Part shown: in pieces, positions 25,173 to 36,156 of the stretch
Numbering within the stretch: the first letter of the stretch is position 1
Layout: each line of letters begins with the position of its first letter
Position numbers and translations under genes: made by a program
DNA from: Octopus bimaculoides
Taxonomy: Eukaryota
Assembly: GCF_001194135.2 (NCBI RefSeq)
Contig: NC_068995.1
Coordinates: forward strand, 5,464,957 to 5,501,626
Reading direction: 5' to 3'
DNA length: 36,670 nucleotides
The notes under the pieces: generated by a model
The model's input: only the letters and a program-made list of their open reading frames with translations
What the model was told of the DNA's origin: nothing
Database searches by the model: none

Positions 25173-26121
25173 TTATATATATGTGTGTATGTATATATAT
25201 GTGTATATATACGTATGTGTGTGTAAAAATGTATATATATGTGTGTGTGTGTGTAGAAAGATATATGCCTGTGGATATATAGATATATGTTGTGCGTGTT
25301 TTTGTGTGTGAATATAGATATAAATATATATATATGTATATATGTATTTATGTAGGTACCTATCTATCGAAATATGTCTGTGTGTATGTACATATCTATC
25401 TTCTTCTATTTGTTTTCCTATCTATATACACAGACATATGTGTACGTATGCATATATTTATTAGTTTTACAGAAACAAAAGAATATGTATGAAAACTTTT
25501 TCATTTAATTTACTCAGACGCGAAAAAAAGACGAAAACGAAGAAAACTAGAAAAGAAAAATAGGAAAGAGAAAATTATATTTCTGACTGTATAATTAGAA
25601 TCTGGAAATATAGAATATTAGATTTCCAAATTTGGTAATATTCAAGAATGTATGTAAGTCAGATAACTTCCTTGGTTCCAATGTCAAGACATTTAACTGT
25701 TTGGCAAATTTCGACTATTTTCGTAATTTTATGTTTGAAGTATGTTATAAAATTCTATAATTGTTATACAATTTGCCACCAATAATTCTGCTGTTTCGAA
25801 TAATTGGAATAACAGGCTGTTTTAAATTTTTACCGCTAAACCACTAAAATATGATGCCTTCGTCTAATTTGATACTATTATTAATTCCATACTGGACTGT
25901 CTATAACAGAGTGCCTTCTGTTGCAAGCAACAGAACTGAACTCTGTTCCGTTCCTTCTCTAACTCATATATATTTCCCCTGTCGAAATCAACAGGATATC
26001 AGTCACATCTGATCTTATCCACATGGTCTGGAGTATAGTGCCTTGTAGTCTGATATACCTACTTAAAAACTCAAACCCGATGTATATTTTGTGAAAATAT
26101 TTCCCCAATGTTGATTTCCAG

Positions 26122-26218
26122 TTTGACACAACTTTCTGTATATTAGATGACGTTCATGCCTTTCCAAATGGCAGTTGTTACGCTGGTGGGATGAGCCTGA
26201 TCGATTGGGATGGACAAG
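26122..26218 (+). CDS. Candidate plus-strand exon FDTTFCILDDVHAFPNGSCYAGGMSLIDWDGQ
   Basis: Acceptor tttccccaatgttgatttccag and donor AAG|gtaaaa around one open frame in non-repetitive sequence. No homology recognised. Confidence 0.18.
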
Positions 26219-26490
26219 GTAAAACCATCGAATAGAAATAACCGCGAATGAACTTTTATCATTGCAAGATCTGTCCAAGAATGAAATACTGGGCAGGTGA
26301 TATTGTTATTAATGTTTCGATAGAACCGATGATCGCAGTCAGCAAGAAACGTTCAAACCTGCAGTGGTTAGCCACAGTGTTTAGTTATACCATTCTGTTG
26401 TAGGTGGTTAAGAATCAATTAAACCATGGCCAGTCAACCAGCACATAGTTTAATGCTTTTAATTATCTCTCCAAATATAGGAGTTAAATA

Positions 26491-26671
26491 CCTTTTAGTC
26501 TCTACACTGGACTGTAACCATGTTAGGGCACCATCTTAAACAAATCGAACCGAGTAACATTTTTACGTTTTGTATCTATTTTCTCGCGCTCTTTTATTGA
26601 ATCGCGGATTTACGGGAACGTAAAAATAACAGGTGGGGGTGGAATGTGACAAACACACACTCACATATTTA

Positions 26672-26724
<53 letters not shown>

Positions 26725-26755
26725 ATATGCATATATGCATGTATATATGTATACG

Positions 26756-26810
<55 letters not shown>

Positions 26811-26970
26811 ATATATGTATATATGTATGTGTGCCGTCTACCAAGTTCACTCACTACGCCTGTAGGAGAATAGAAGAAGATACTTGCCTAAGGTACCACG
26901 CAGTGGGACTGAACCCGAAACTTCACAACTGTAGAAAGAGCTCCTTATCCAGAAGACCATGCCTACGCCT
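26491..26970 (-). mobile_element. SINE family B, old copy with expanded TA/CT/TG spacer
   Basis: Head at 26831-26970 (cttgcctaaggtaccacgcagtgggactgaacccg) and degenerate 3' part at 26491-26660. Confidence 0.75.
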
Positions 26971-27969
26971 ATTTAGTTAACCATAGATAATATAGACATC
27001 CCTACAAGATAATGTCCCAATGCAAATCGTTGGCTATCAGTGCGGTGATCATCTTGTTACGTGCTAAATGTATCGCAAAAACACTGGCATCATTCCAAAA
27101 AGAGGATACTATACACATGTTTCCGCCTCTGACAACCAATGTCAATAGTTGCTTTGACGTTCTGGAAATGATTAACTTGGACTGTATTATCTGAGGGACT
27201 AATTATCTTAACCGTCCGTTTAGAGCCGTGAATTATACGAATTGTTTAGTTTAGATTTTCACAGCTACACAGTTTGGATTCGATTAAATAGGAAAAATCA
27301 GCTATAGTTTATATAATCTCTGTCTGTCTGATTGTCTGTCTCTCTCATAATATCTTTATATATCTTATTCCTACTTTCATTCTTATTTCTACTTTCATGT
27401 TGTCGCTATTGTAGCAGAGTGGATATTTATAAAGTAAGGGTAGTGTTGTTGGACACTCTACCGACTATCAATCTGCTGCCCGCTATTTTCATGAACAATA
27501 AAATATGAATTTATTATACGGTCATGGGACCAAAATTGATTGTGGTGAGTATTTATTGGATTACTAACCGAACCAGCTTTTCAATGGCATTTTCTCAGTA
27601 ACTAAGTCTTATGAATATCAAGTACTGAATCATGAACTAAATTTGGCTTAAGTTTCTTCCATTTCTACCCAACCCTCAAGCAAAGATAAAAAAGAAACTA
27701 AAAAATAAAGTAAGAAAGAACACAAAAGAAAATTCAATAAAATTCCAACACCACACCTAAATGAAAGAAGGAGACAACAATAAACATGTGAGAAGACTTA
27801 ATGAGATAAGAAGAAGACACCTGATAGTTTCGTCACCTGCTTGAAGACAATTTGGGTATCGTCTGTAACTTTTAATAGTCATAACATCAAGTTTTTCTCT
27901 TCCTATCACTACTCCTTCGCCTTCCATCTTCGTTGTTACTTCTGGCCAGATGTATCAACACTAATAACT

Positions 27970-27972
27970 TGT

Positions 27973-28035
<63 letters not shown>
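27970..28035. repeat. (GT)n
   Basis: Direct reading. Confidence 0.95.
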
Positions 28036-28036
<1 letters not shown>

Positions 28037-28204
28037 TTAAAAAAAATGTTTTTCTGCCAGACTCGCGATGTTCAAACATCCCCCGGTGAAATGTTTTCAC
28101 TTTTGTTTTCCTAATCCTCCTATAAGCTCTTAAGTACAACAAAATTTTACACCAATTCAACTGCCTTCAGGAAGAAAACAACAACAACAACAACAACAAC
28201 AACA

Positions 28205-28398
28205 ATAATAATAATAATCCTATCTATTATAGGCACAAGGTCTGAAATTTTGGTGGAGGAGACTAGTCGTTTACATCGACCTCAGTGTTTCACTGGTACT
28301 TATTTTATCGACCCCGAAAGGATGAAAGGCAAAGTCACCTTCGGCAGTAATTTAACTCAGAAAATAATGAAGGACGAAATGTCACTAAGCATGTCACT
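28205..28398 (-). mobile_element. SINE family A, 5'-truncated
   Basis: (aat)n tail, ggcacaaggtctgaaattttgg... through ctaagcat. Confidence 0.9.
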
Positions 28399-28399
28399 A

Positions 28400-28600
28400 G
28401 GCGGTGAGCTGGCAGAATCATTAGCGCGCTGGCCGAAATGCTTAGCGGTCTTTCGCCCGTCGCTGCGTTCTGAGTTCAAATTACGCCGAGGTCGACTTTG
28501 ACTGTTTTTCTTTCGGGGTCGATAAATTAAGTATACTGGGGTTGATGTAATCGACTCGTCCCCTTAGTAGAAAGGATTATTATTAATAATAATAATTATT
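28400..28600 (+). mobile_element. SINE family A, with intact head
   Basis: ggcggtgagctggcagaatc (A-box-like), gagttcaaatt (B-box-like), body with a short deletion, gtagaaagg(att)n tail. Confidence 0.9.
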
Positions 28601-28629
28601 ATTTTTAAGAAAGGTAAGAAATATGTGAA

Positions 28630-28710
28630 GTCGTGAGTGATATTTCACGTTATTGACCCCACGAGGATCAAAGGCAAAATTGTCCTCAGCAGAATTTGAT
28701 CTCAGAACAA
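28630..28710 (-). mobile_element. SINE family A fragment
   Basis: tattgaccccacgaggatcaaaggcaaaattgtcctcagcagaatttgatctcagaac. Confidence 0.65.
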
Positions 28711-29099
28711 ATACATATACGGCTCCTTACAGTTTGCTTCATCGAGCACAGCCGTCAACCAGAGCTACAGTTTTATGGCTAAAATCAGATCAGTCCTTTT
28801 TTTAAAATTCGGTATGATTTGAATTCGGTATAAAACCATTACTGTATACCGAAATCGCATTTTATCGACCACGTCACCGATATTGTTACTCACACAATTA
28901 TTACACCGTACTTATTAGTATTACACCATTACCTTACACCATACTATAAATTTGTGTCATACACCAACCTGTATATTGTACCATGCACTATACTACAACA
29001 TTATCTTTACACTGTCGCTCAAGTTACTAGTAATAACAGTCAAATATCTCTCAATAAAGTTTCTGCTCACCAATTTTGTATATTGACATACACCACTCA

Positions 29100-29250
29100 A
29101 CAGAAAATGTTATACAAAGCAATACATTATCTCTTAAAAGAAAAAAACCCGACACTTCGTATTGTGTGACTTTAGACAGCACATCATGCCTGAAAACAGA
29201 AGACAGGATGGTCACGGCTAGTATGTTCACTATCATAGGCTTACTGGTTG
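29100..29250 (+). repeat. Dispersed repeat family C
   Basis: tgaaaacagaagacaggatggtcacggctagtatg...tatcatagg. Confidence 0.5.
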
Positions 29251-29346
29251 AGCAACGAATAAAAAGAAATACAGTCGTAAATACAGTATAGCAGAAGAGA
29301 AATGTGAAGTCTGCCAGAACTGCAATGGTTTCTGGATGACCATAGG
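29245..29346 (-). CDS. Candidate exon (102 nt), hydrophobic; frame unresolved
   Basis: Strong acceptor attatttttcttcttgttctttag and donor CCA|gtaagc. All three frames are open; phase 1 gives YGHPETIAVLADFTFLFCYTVFTTVFLFIRCST. No family recognised. Confidence 0.28.
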
Positions 29347-30323
29347 CTAAAGAACAAGAAGAAAAATAATTCTCTACTGAAATCTGATAGTATCACGATA
29401 AAGGTATTAACTTAATCCGTATAATATCCTGGGTAATATTGTCCACAGGATTAAGGGAACAAGATAATCCTCCTTTTGTGTCGTGTGTGTCTGGAATTTT
29501 AATTTTCTACATTGTTTTAGATATGAAAAAAAAAAAAAATAAACGATATTCGTTCTTTTTTAATAACAGCAGCAACCTTGAACAGGATTGAATTATTTAA
29601 TACAGAAGAAGGGGTTATATGACTGTAAGGGTACTTCGTTGACTTAGTAGTTAAGAGAAGTATCAAATTACGGACCGGAGAAGACACCGTTTCGTGTCCA
29701 GTGGAGAACAAATAAATGAAGAGAAGAGTATTTATTCTGACTCAGCCTTGATATTTGAAAATAGCTAACACCAGGTTCACAACTATTTTAGTGTCAATAT
29801 ATTAATTACTGTTATAACAGATTGGACATAGGTCCACATTACATAANNNNNNNNNNNNNNNNNNNNNNNNNNNNNNNNNNNNNNNNNNNNNNNNNNNNNN
29901 NNNNNNNNNNNNNNNNNNNNNNNNNNNNNNNNNNNNNNNNNNNNNNNNNNNNNNNNNNNNNNNNNNNNNNNNNNNNNNNNNNNNNNNNNNNNNNNNNNNN
30001 NNNNNNNNNNNNNNNNNNNNNNNNNNNNNNNNNNNNNNNNNNNNNNNNNNNNNNNNNNNNNNNNNNNNNNNNNNNNNNNNNNNNNNNNNNNNNNNNNNNN
30101 NNNNNNNNNNNNNNNNNNNNNNNNNNNNNNNNNNNNNNNNNNNNNNNNNNNNNNNNNNNNNNNNNNNNNNNNNNNNNNNNNNNNNNNNNNNNNNNNNNNN
30201 NNNNNNNNNNNNNNNNNNNNNNNNNNNNNNNNNNNNNNNNNNNNNNNNNNNNNNNNNNNNNNNNNNNNNNNNNNNNNNNNNNNNNNNNNNNNNNNNNNNN
30301 NNNNNNNNNNNNNNNNNNNNNNN

Positions 30324-30370
<47 letters not shown>

Positions 30371-31113
30371 TATGCATATATACATATTTTTATATAACTG
30401 TATAAATGCAGCCTCCTCTCATCAGTCATCTGTTGCGTTCTTGTCCCATATTTGGGATTTATGTATACATACAGCGGCGTACGTGCACTTTTGCTCATGT
30501 ATATATATATATACACACATAATGTATGTACTTATATGTGTGTTAAGTTGATGTGAAAGCCGCAGCTACTACTTCTATTGCTTAGTTCACTTGTGACTGT
30601 ACACACGGTTAAAGCAACATGTGTTCAAGTGGTTAGTAATATTTCCCTGTGATCTTGTCGCGTATTTCTTGTACGCATGCGAACTGTTATACATTCCTAC
30701 ATTATACACCTGTTTAAATATAAATATATTATGTAAATCTGCCTATTTATGGGAATGGCTTCTCTCCCTCACAACGTATTACCTTACTTTTGTTTATTTG
30801 ATCGTTTCAAAGGTAACCTTTTCTATGCATTTAAATGGTTTCTGAAATAAACACACACGGCACTTTATAGCCTCCGAGGATGCTATAAGATGATGTATAA
30901 GCACTCGGCTCTGAAGACAGTAAGAGCTGTACACCAACGAAGCTGATTATATAATTCTCTTGTCATTCTATCAATCCAGATTACGCTCTTGACTCGTCCA
31001 ACATTTTATTCTGAAGCATATGTATTTCGAGTTTAACAACTGGTTATTAGAATCGCACTGTGTATATGAGTATATATACATACAATATGTATACATATAT
31101 GTACGTACATAAA

Positions 31114-31337
31114 TATTCCTTTATTCCTTTGTTTCAGTCATTTGACTGCAGCCATGCTGGAGCACCGCCTTTAGTCGAGCAAATCGACCCCCAGGACTAT
31201 TCTTTGTAAGCCTAGTACTTATCCAATCGTTTAGTTTTGGTGAATCCACTAAGTTACGGAAGCATAAACACACCAACAACGGTTGTCAAGCGACGGTGCG
31301 GGGACGAATACAGACACACAAACATACACACACACAC

Positions 31338-31396
<59 letters not shown>

Positions 31397-31556
31397 GAGC
31401 TTCATTCAGTTTCTGTCTACCAAATCCAGTGACAAGGCTTTGGTTGGGCTGAGGCTATAGTAGAAGTCACTTGCCCAAGGTGCCACGCTGTGGGCCTGAA
31501 CTCAGAATCATATTCTTGAGAAGCAAGCTACTTACCTCACGGCCGCTCCTGTGCCT
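31114..31556 (-). mobile_element. SINE family B, full length
   Basis: tttcagtcatttgactgcagccatgctggagcaccgcctttagtcg...(TA)n...cttgcccaaggtgccacgc...ctcctgtgcct. Confidence 0.92.
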
Positions 31557-31813
31557 ATCTATCTATCTATCTATCTATGAATAATATACAAACACACACA
31601 CACCTATTCACATATTTAGGAGCATTTATAATACGTGTATACTGCAATGCAAACATACACACACATATACATATGCGAAAACACATATATGTGGCAATTG
31701 AAATTCCTGTTTGTGGTATTTAGTTTTGTGCTATAAAATAAAACACTAAGCTCTTATCTCTTACATTAAATGTCACAATTTCTCATTCTCCATGGATATA
31801 AACACCTAAACTA

Positions 31814-31866
<53 letters not shown>

Positions 31867-32007
31867 TATGTACGTATGACAGATAAGTAACTAGTTTATT
31901 CAATGCATTCAAAAGTATCATGCAGATAATACAAAGAAAAGAAGGGTAACAAACACCTACCAAGTCACGTACGTAAACCTAGTGAATATGTTTTACAATT
32001 AAAGAAT

Positions 32008-32009
<2 letters not shown>

Positions 32010-32058
<49 letters not shown>
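32010..32058. repeat. (CT)n
   Basis: Direct reading. Confidence 0.95.
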
Positions 32059-32061
<3 letters not shown>

Positions 32062-32133
32062 GCTCCTTTGAATGAGAATCACACACAGAGGCACACACAC
32101 AGACATCATTGGCGTTCATGATATAATTAAAAA

Positions 32134-32280
32134 GGCGAGCGAGCCGTGGGGAATGCTTAGCGGTATTTCGTCTGTCTTTATGTTCTGAGTTGAAATTCCG
32201 GCGAGGTCGACTTTGCCTTTCATCCTTTCGGGGTCGATAAATTAAGTACCAGTTGCATACTGGGATCAATTCAATCGACT
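32134..32280 (+). mobile_element. SINE family A
   Basis: aatgcttagcggtatttcgtctgtc...gaggtcgactttgcctttcatcctttcggggtcgataaattaagtaccag. Confidence 0.9.
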
Positions 32281-32329
32281 ATTTATATATAGAAATGTAT
32301 AATAAATATAGATTTCTATATATAATACA

Positions 32330-32365
32330 TACATATAGATATATATTCACATATATGTACATACG

Positions 32366-32455
<90 letters not shown>

Positions 32456-32510
32456 CATATACAAACATACATATATACATATATATAGATGCATATATAC
32501 ATATATATAC
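32330..32510. repeat. (CA)n(TA)n and degenerate flanks
   Basis: Direct reading. Confidence 0.95.
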
Positions 32511-32558
32511 AAATAAATAAATTGTAAATCCAAAAAATAACAACAAAACTACAAAGGA

Positions 32559-32645
32559 TTCCGCGGTACACGTGTTTCAAGCTTTACATGTGTATAATAT
32601 AATATGTGTATAATTTACAATGTAAAGCTATCCTCAGCCGCAAAA
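32559..32645 (-). ncRNA. Type I hammerhead ribozyme, minimal helix III form
   Basis: Minus strand reads UUUUGCGG-CUGAGGA-U-AGCUUUACAU-(30 nt)-AUGUAAAGCU-U-GAAA-CACGU-GUA/CCGCGGAA. Helix I is 8 bp (6 Watson-Crick, 2 G-U). CUGANGA and GAAA cores are intact. Helix II is 10 perfect bp behind a U-U pair. Helix III is the palindrome ACACGUGU. The GUA triplet predicts cleavage between 32567 and 32566. Confidence 0.85.
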
Positions 32646-32889
32646 TTATTTCTCTCCCAGGAAATTATACCACCTCGGCGTTGAAGTAGGAAGAAAGGTG
32701 TGATGTAAGAGGTGAAGATCCTTTCGGTATTCTGTATAGTACTATACCTCGTATAATTCTCCACCCACACATAATCTCTCCGGTCCTCCGAAAACCTTCC
32801 ATACCTTGCCACGATTCAGTGTGTAGTGTTAAGTTGGTGGTTAAGAACAATACAATACAATAAAAAGACATACACAGATATTCATGTAA

Positions 32890-33873
32890 NNNNNNNNNNN
32901 NNNNNNNNNNNNNNNNNNNNNNNNNNNNNNNNNNNNNNNNNNNNNNNNNNNNNNNNNNNNNNNNNNNNNNNNNNNNNNNNNNNNNNNNNNNNNNNNNNNN
33001 NNNNNNNNNNNNNNNNNNNNNNNNNNNNNNNNNNNNNNNNNNNNNNNNNNNNNNNNNNNNNNNNNNNNNNNNNNNNNNNNNNNNNNNNNNNNNNNNNNNN
33101 NNNNNNNNNNNNNNNNNNNNNNNNNNNNNNNNNNNNNNNNNNNNNNNNNNNNNNNNNNNNNNNNNNNNNNNNNNNNNNNNNNNNNNNNNNNNNNNNNNNN
33201 NNNNNNNNNNNNNNNNNNNNNNNNNNNNNNNNNNNNNNNNNNNNNNNNNNNNNNNNNNNNNNNNNNNNNNNNNNNNNNNNNNNNNNNNNNNNNNNNNNNN
33301 NNNNNNNNNNNNNNNNNNNNNNNNNNNNNNNNNNNNNNNNNNNNNNNNNNNNNNNNNNNNNNNNNNNNNNNNNNNNNNNNNNNNNNNNNNNNNNNNNNNN
33401 NNNNNNNNNNNNNNNNNNNNNNNNNNNNNNNNNNNNNNNNNNNNNNNNNNNNNNNNNNNNNNNNNNNNNNNNNNNNNNNNNNNNNNNNNNNNNNNNNNNN
33501 NNNNNNNNNNNNNNNNNNNNNNNNNNNNNNNNNNNNNNNNNNNNNNNNNNNNNNNNNNNNNNNNNNNNNNNNNNNNNNNNNNNNNNNNNNNNNNNNNNNN
33601 NNNNNNNNNNNNNNNNNNNNNNNNNNNNNNNNNNNNNNNNNNNNNNNNNNNNNNNNNNNNNNNNNNNNNNNNNNNNNNNNNNNNNNNNNNNNNNNNNNNN
33701 NNNNNNNNNNNNNNNNNNNNNNNNNNNNNNNNNNNNNNNNNNNNNNNNNNNNNNNNNNNNNNNNNNNNNNNNNNNNNNNNNNNNNNNNNNNNNNNNNNNN
33801 NNNNNNNNNNNNNNNNNNNNNNNNNNNNNNNNNNNNNNNNNNNNNNNNNNNNNNNNNNNNNNNNNNNNNNNNN
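32890..33873. other. Largest assembly gap. Others: 1443-1452, 9521-9713, 10170-10647, 13087-13269, 17716-17725, 19298-19378, 29847-30323
   Basis: Runs of N, most abutting microsatellites. Confidence 1.
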
Positions 33874-33879
33874 TATACA

Positions 33880-34085
33880 TAAAATATGTGTTTATGTGTG
33901 TCTGTGTTTGTCCCCCCCCACCATCGATTGACAACTGATGCTAGTTTGTTTACGTCCTCGTAAAAGAGACCGATAAAATAAGTGCTAGGCTTACAAAGAA
34001 TAAGTCCTGGGGTCGATTTATTCGACTAAAGGCGGTGCTCCAGCATGGCCGCAGTCTAACGACTGAAACAAGTAAAGGAATAAAA

Positions 34086-34090
<5 letters not shown>
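33880..34090 (+). mobile_element. SINE family B, 3' half (head probably inside the preceding gap)
   Basis: Emerges from the N gap in the microsatellite spacer and continues to aaggcggtgctccagcatggccgcag...gactgaaacaagtaaa. Confidence 0.9.
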
Positions 34091-34119
<29 letters not shown>

Positions 34120-34434
34120 TAATGAAGTGAGACCAAGTAGTGATATTTCAAAATCATTTAACATGTGCGTTTCAGTTTTGCTTGATATATATAATAGGAA
34201 ATGAATTCATTACGTAAGATCGTTCTCAGTTAAAACATTTCAAAAGATGTAGAAATTAATGGAAAAACTATCAATATGTTTAGAGCAATAAATTGGTCAT
34301 AATTTAAGAGGACAGATATGTGTTTAGATGGGAAGAACGAATACGAGTAGGAGAGAAAGAGAGAGCAGGAGAGACAGAAAACGGGAGATAAAAAGAGAAT
34401 TAAGTAAGACACCGCGGATAGGAAGTATTGAAAG

Positions 34435-34438
<4 letters not shown>

Positions 34439-34505
<67 letters not shown>
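34439..34505. repeat. (TA)n(GA)n
   Basis: Direct reading. Confidence 0.95.
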
Positions 34506-34509
<4 letters not shown>

Positions 34510-34866
34510 TCATGTAGTGCGTGCGCACTTATATAATACATATGCATATGTGTGTCTAGACATATAGTTAAGGCGACAATATATTATATTATAAATTATG
34601 TATATACATGTACATTCACATTTTATATTGACAGACTAATGAAACAATATCGATATAGCAATTGGTTAGACACGAAACAACCTCCCACCTTTGATACGAA
34701 TGAAACATTGTCCATTTGTGATAACCTGCAATATATAATCAGGCTGCGTATATTCCGAAAATTTAAGGCATTGAGCTCTGTAATATGATACAACATTATG
34801 CATGCCCTGAAGAAGATGCAATTCATGAAGAGAACAACGACAAAAAAACAACAACAATAATAACAC

Positions 34867-34996
34867 TAATAATAATCCTTTCTACTGAAGGCAGAAGGCC
34901 TTCAAATTTTGGGAGAGGGGAGGGGCAGTCGATTAGATCGACCTCAGTATACAACTGGTACTTCATTTATCGACCCCCGAAAGGATGAAAGGCAAA
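34867..34996 (-). mobile_element. SINE family A, 3' half
   Basis: (aat)n cctttctactgaaggcagaaggcc...gaaaggatgaaaggcaaa. Confidence 0.85.
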
Positions 34997-35015
34997 CGAT
35001 TCTGTCAGCTTATAA

Positions 35016-35054
<39 letters not shown>

Positions 35055-35120
35055 TCTGCCGTTTTATAATGAAAACAACAACAACAACAACAATAATAAT
35101 AATGATAATAACAACAACAA
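35016..35120. repeat. (AAT)n/(AAC)n
   Basis: Direct reading. Confidence 0.95.
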
Positions 35121-35731
35121 TCTATTTATGCATCTATGTGATATTTTAATTGATTCTTCTCGCTACCAACTTCGTAAGTTTCCAAATGCGTCTGATATAT
35201 TCCCTATAGTAAGTAAATATATATGCATAGTCTGTCTCCCCCTCTCTCTCTCACACACACACGCACATATATATAGTTAACCATTCACACTTATATATGT
35301 ATACAATCATACATATATATATAAATAAATAAATATATATGTACACACACACACACATATATATATATGCACTATATATATTATCTTTCATAAAATTTTA
35401 CGACTTCATATGAATTTTAATTTCATATAAATTTTCACTTGATATGAAATGAACTTAAAAAACACTTCATACATATTAAAAGTTATTTAGAACCATATTC
35501 CTGCTACTATATCACTTCAAATATTCTTTTGGTCTTCGGAATTTTTGGTTTGTTTTTACAACTTTTGATATTCTGTGTTGCAAAGAAATTAAACAATATA
35601 AAAACAATATTTAAAATGGCTACATCTGTAATGGCTGAATTTTTGTTTTAGATATGACACTAAACCTAGCGTGTGTTGTTGTTGCTGCTATTTTTAGTTT
35701 TATTATCATTATTATCATCAACATGTGCAAA

Positions 35732-35890
35732 GCGGTGAACTGGCTAAATTCGTAAGTCTTTATGTTGTGGGTTCAAATTCCGCTGAGGTCGACTTTGCCT
35801 TTTACCCTTTCGGGATCAATGAAATAAATACCAGTTGAGCACAGGGGGCAATGTGAGTGACTAGCTCCCTCCCCACAAAGGATTATTAAT
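35732..35890 (+). mobile_element. SINE family A with internal deletions
   Basis: gcggtgaactggc...ggttcaaattccgctgaggtcgactttgcc...aaaggattatt. Confidence 0.85.
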
Positions 35891-36156
35891 GTAATAAACT
35901 CCTTAAACTCACATCCGTGTCTGCGCTCAACTTGATCAGCAATCCTACAGTCGTGTGTAGGTTTGTGTGACGACGTTTTGTCAACTCGCACGAACACATT
36001 CCTGTGTATGTATACAAACTGAAATAAATACCTATACGTCCATAGAGATACATAAACACGTATCTATTTAGAAGATTATTATAGTTGGCTTCAAGCATTG
36101 TGATATGGAATTTGAATAATAAGCAAAAAAAAAAAAAAAAGAAAAAGAAAAGCAGA

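Noticed and set aside
28806-28853. aattcggtat direct repeats and a 9-bp inverted repeat
   Set aside because: Possibly a transposon subterminal remnant, but no termini were found.
32717-32752. Minus-strand RGIVLYRIP resembling the first GIY-YIG motif of Penelope endonucleases
   Set aside because: No CxxC or YIG follows, and it is too close to the ribozyme to fit the rest of the domain.
34808-34832. CTGAAGAAG-ATG/CAT-GAAG
   Set aside because: Second core wrong, with no helix III or helix I.
7385-35890. tRNA genes or a CRISPR array from the recurring 30-40 bp words
   Set aside because: The words are parts of dispersed SINE bodies in both orientations. There is no full cloverleaf and no regular repeat-spacer period.
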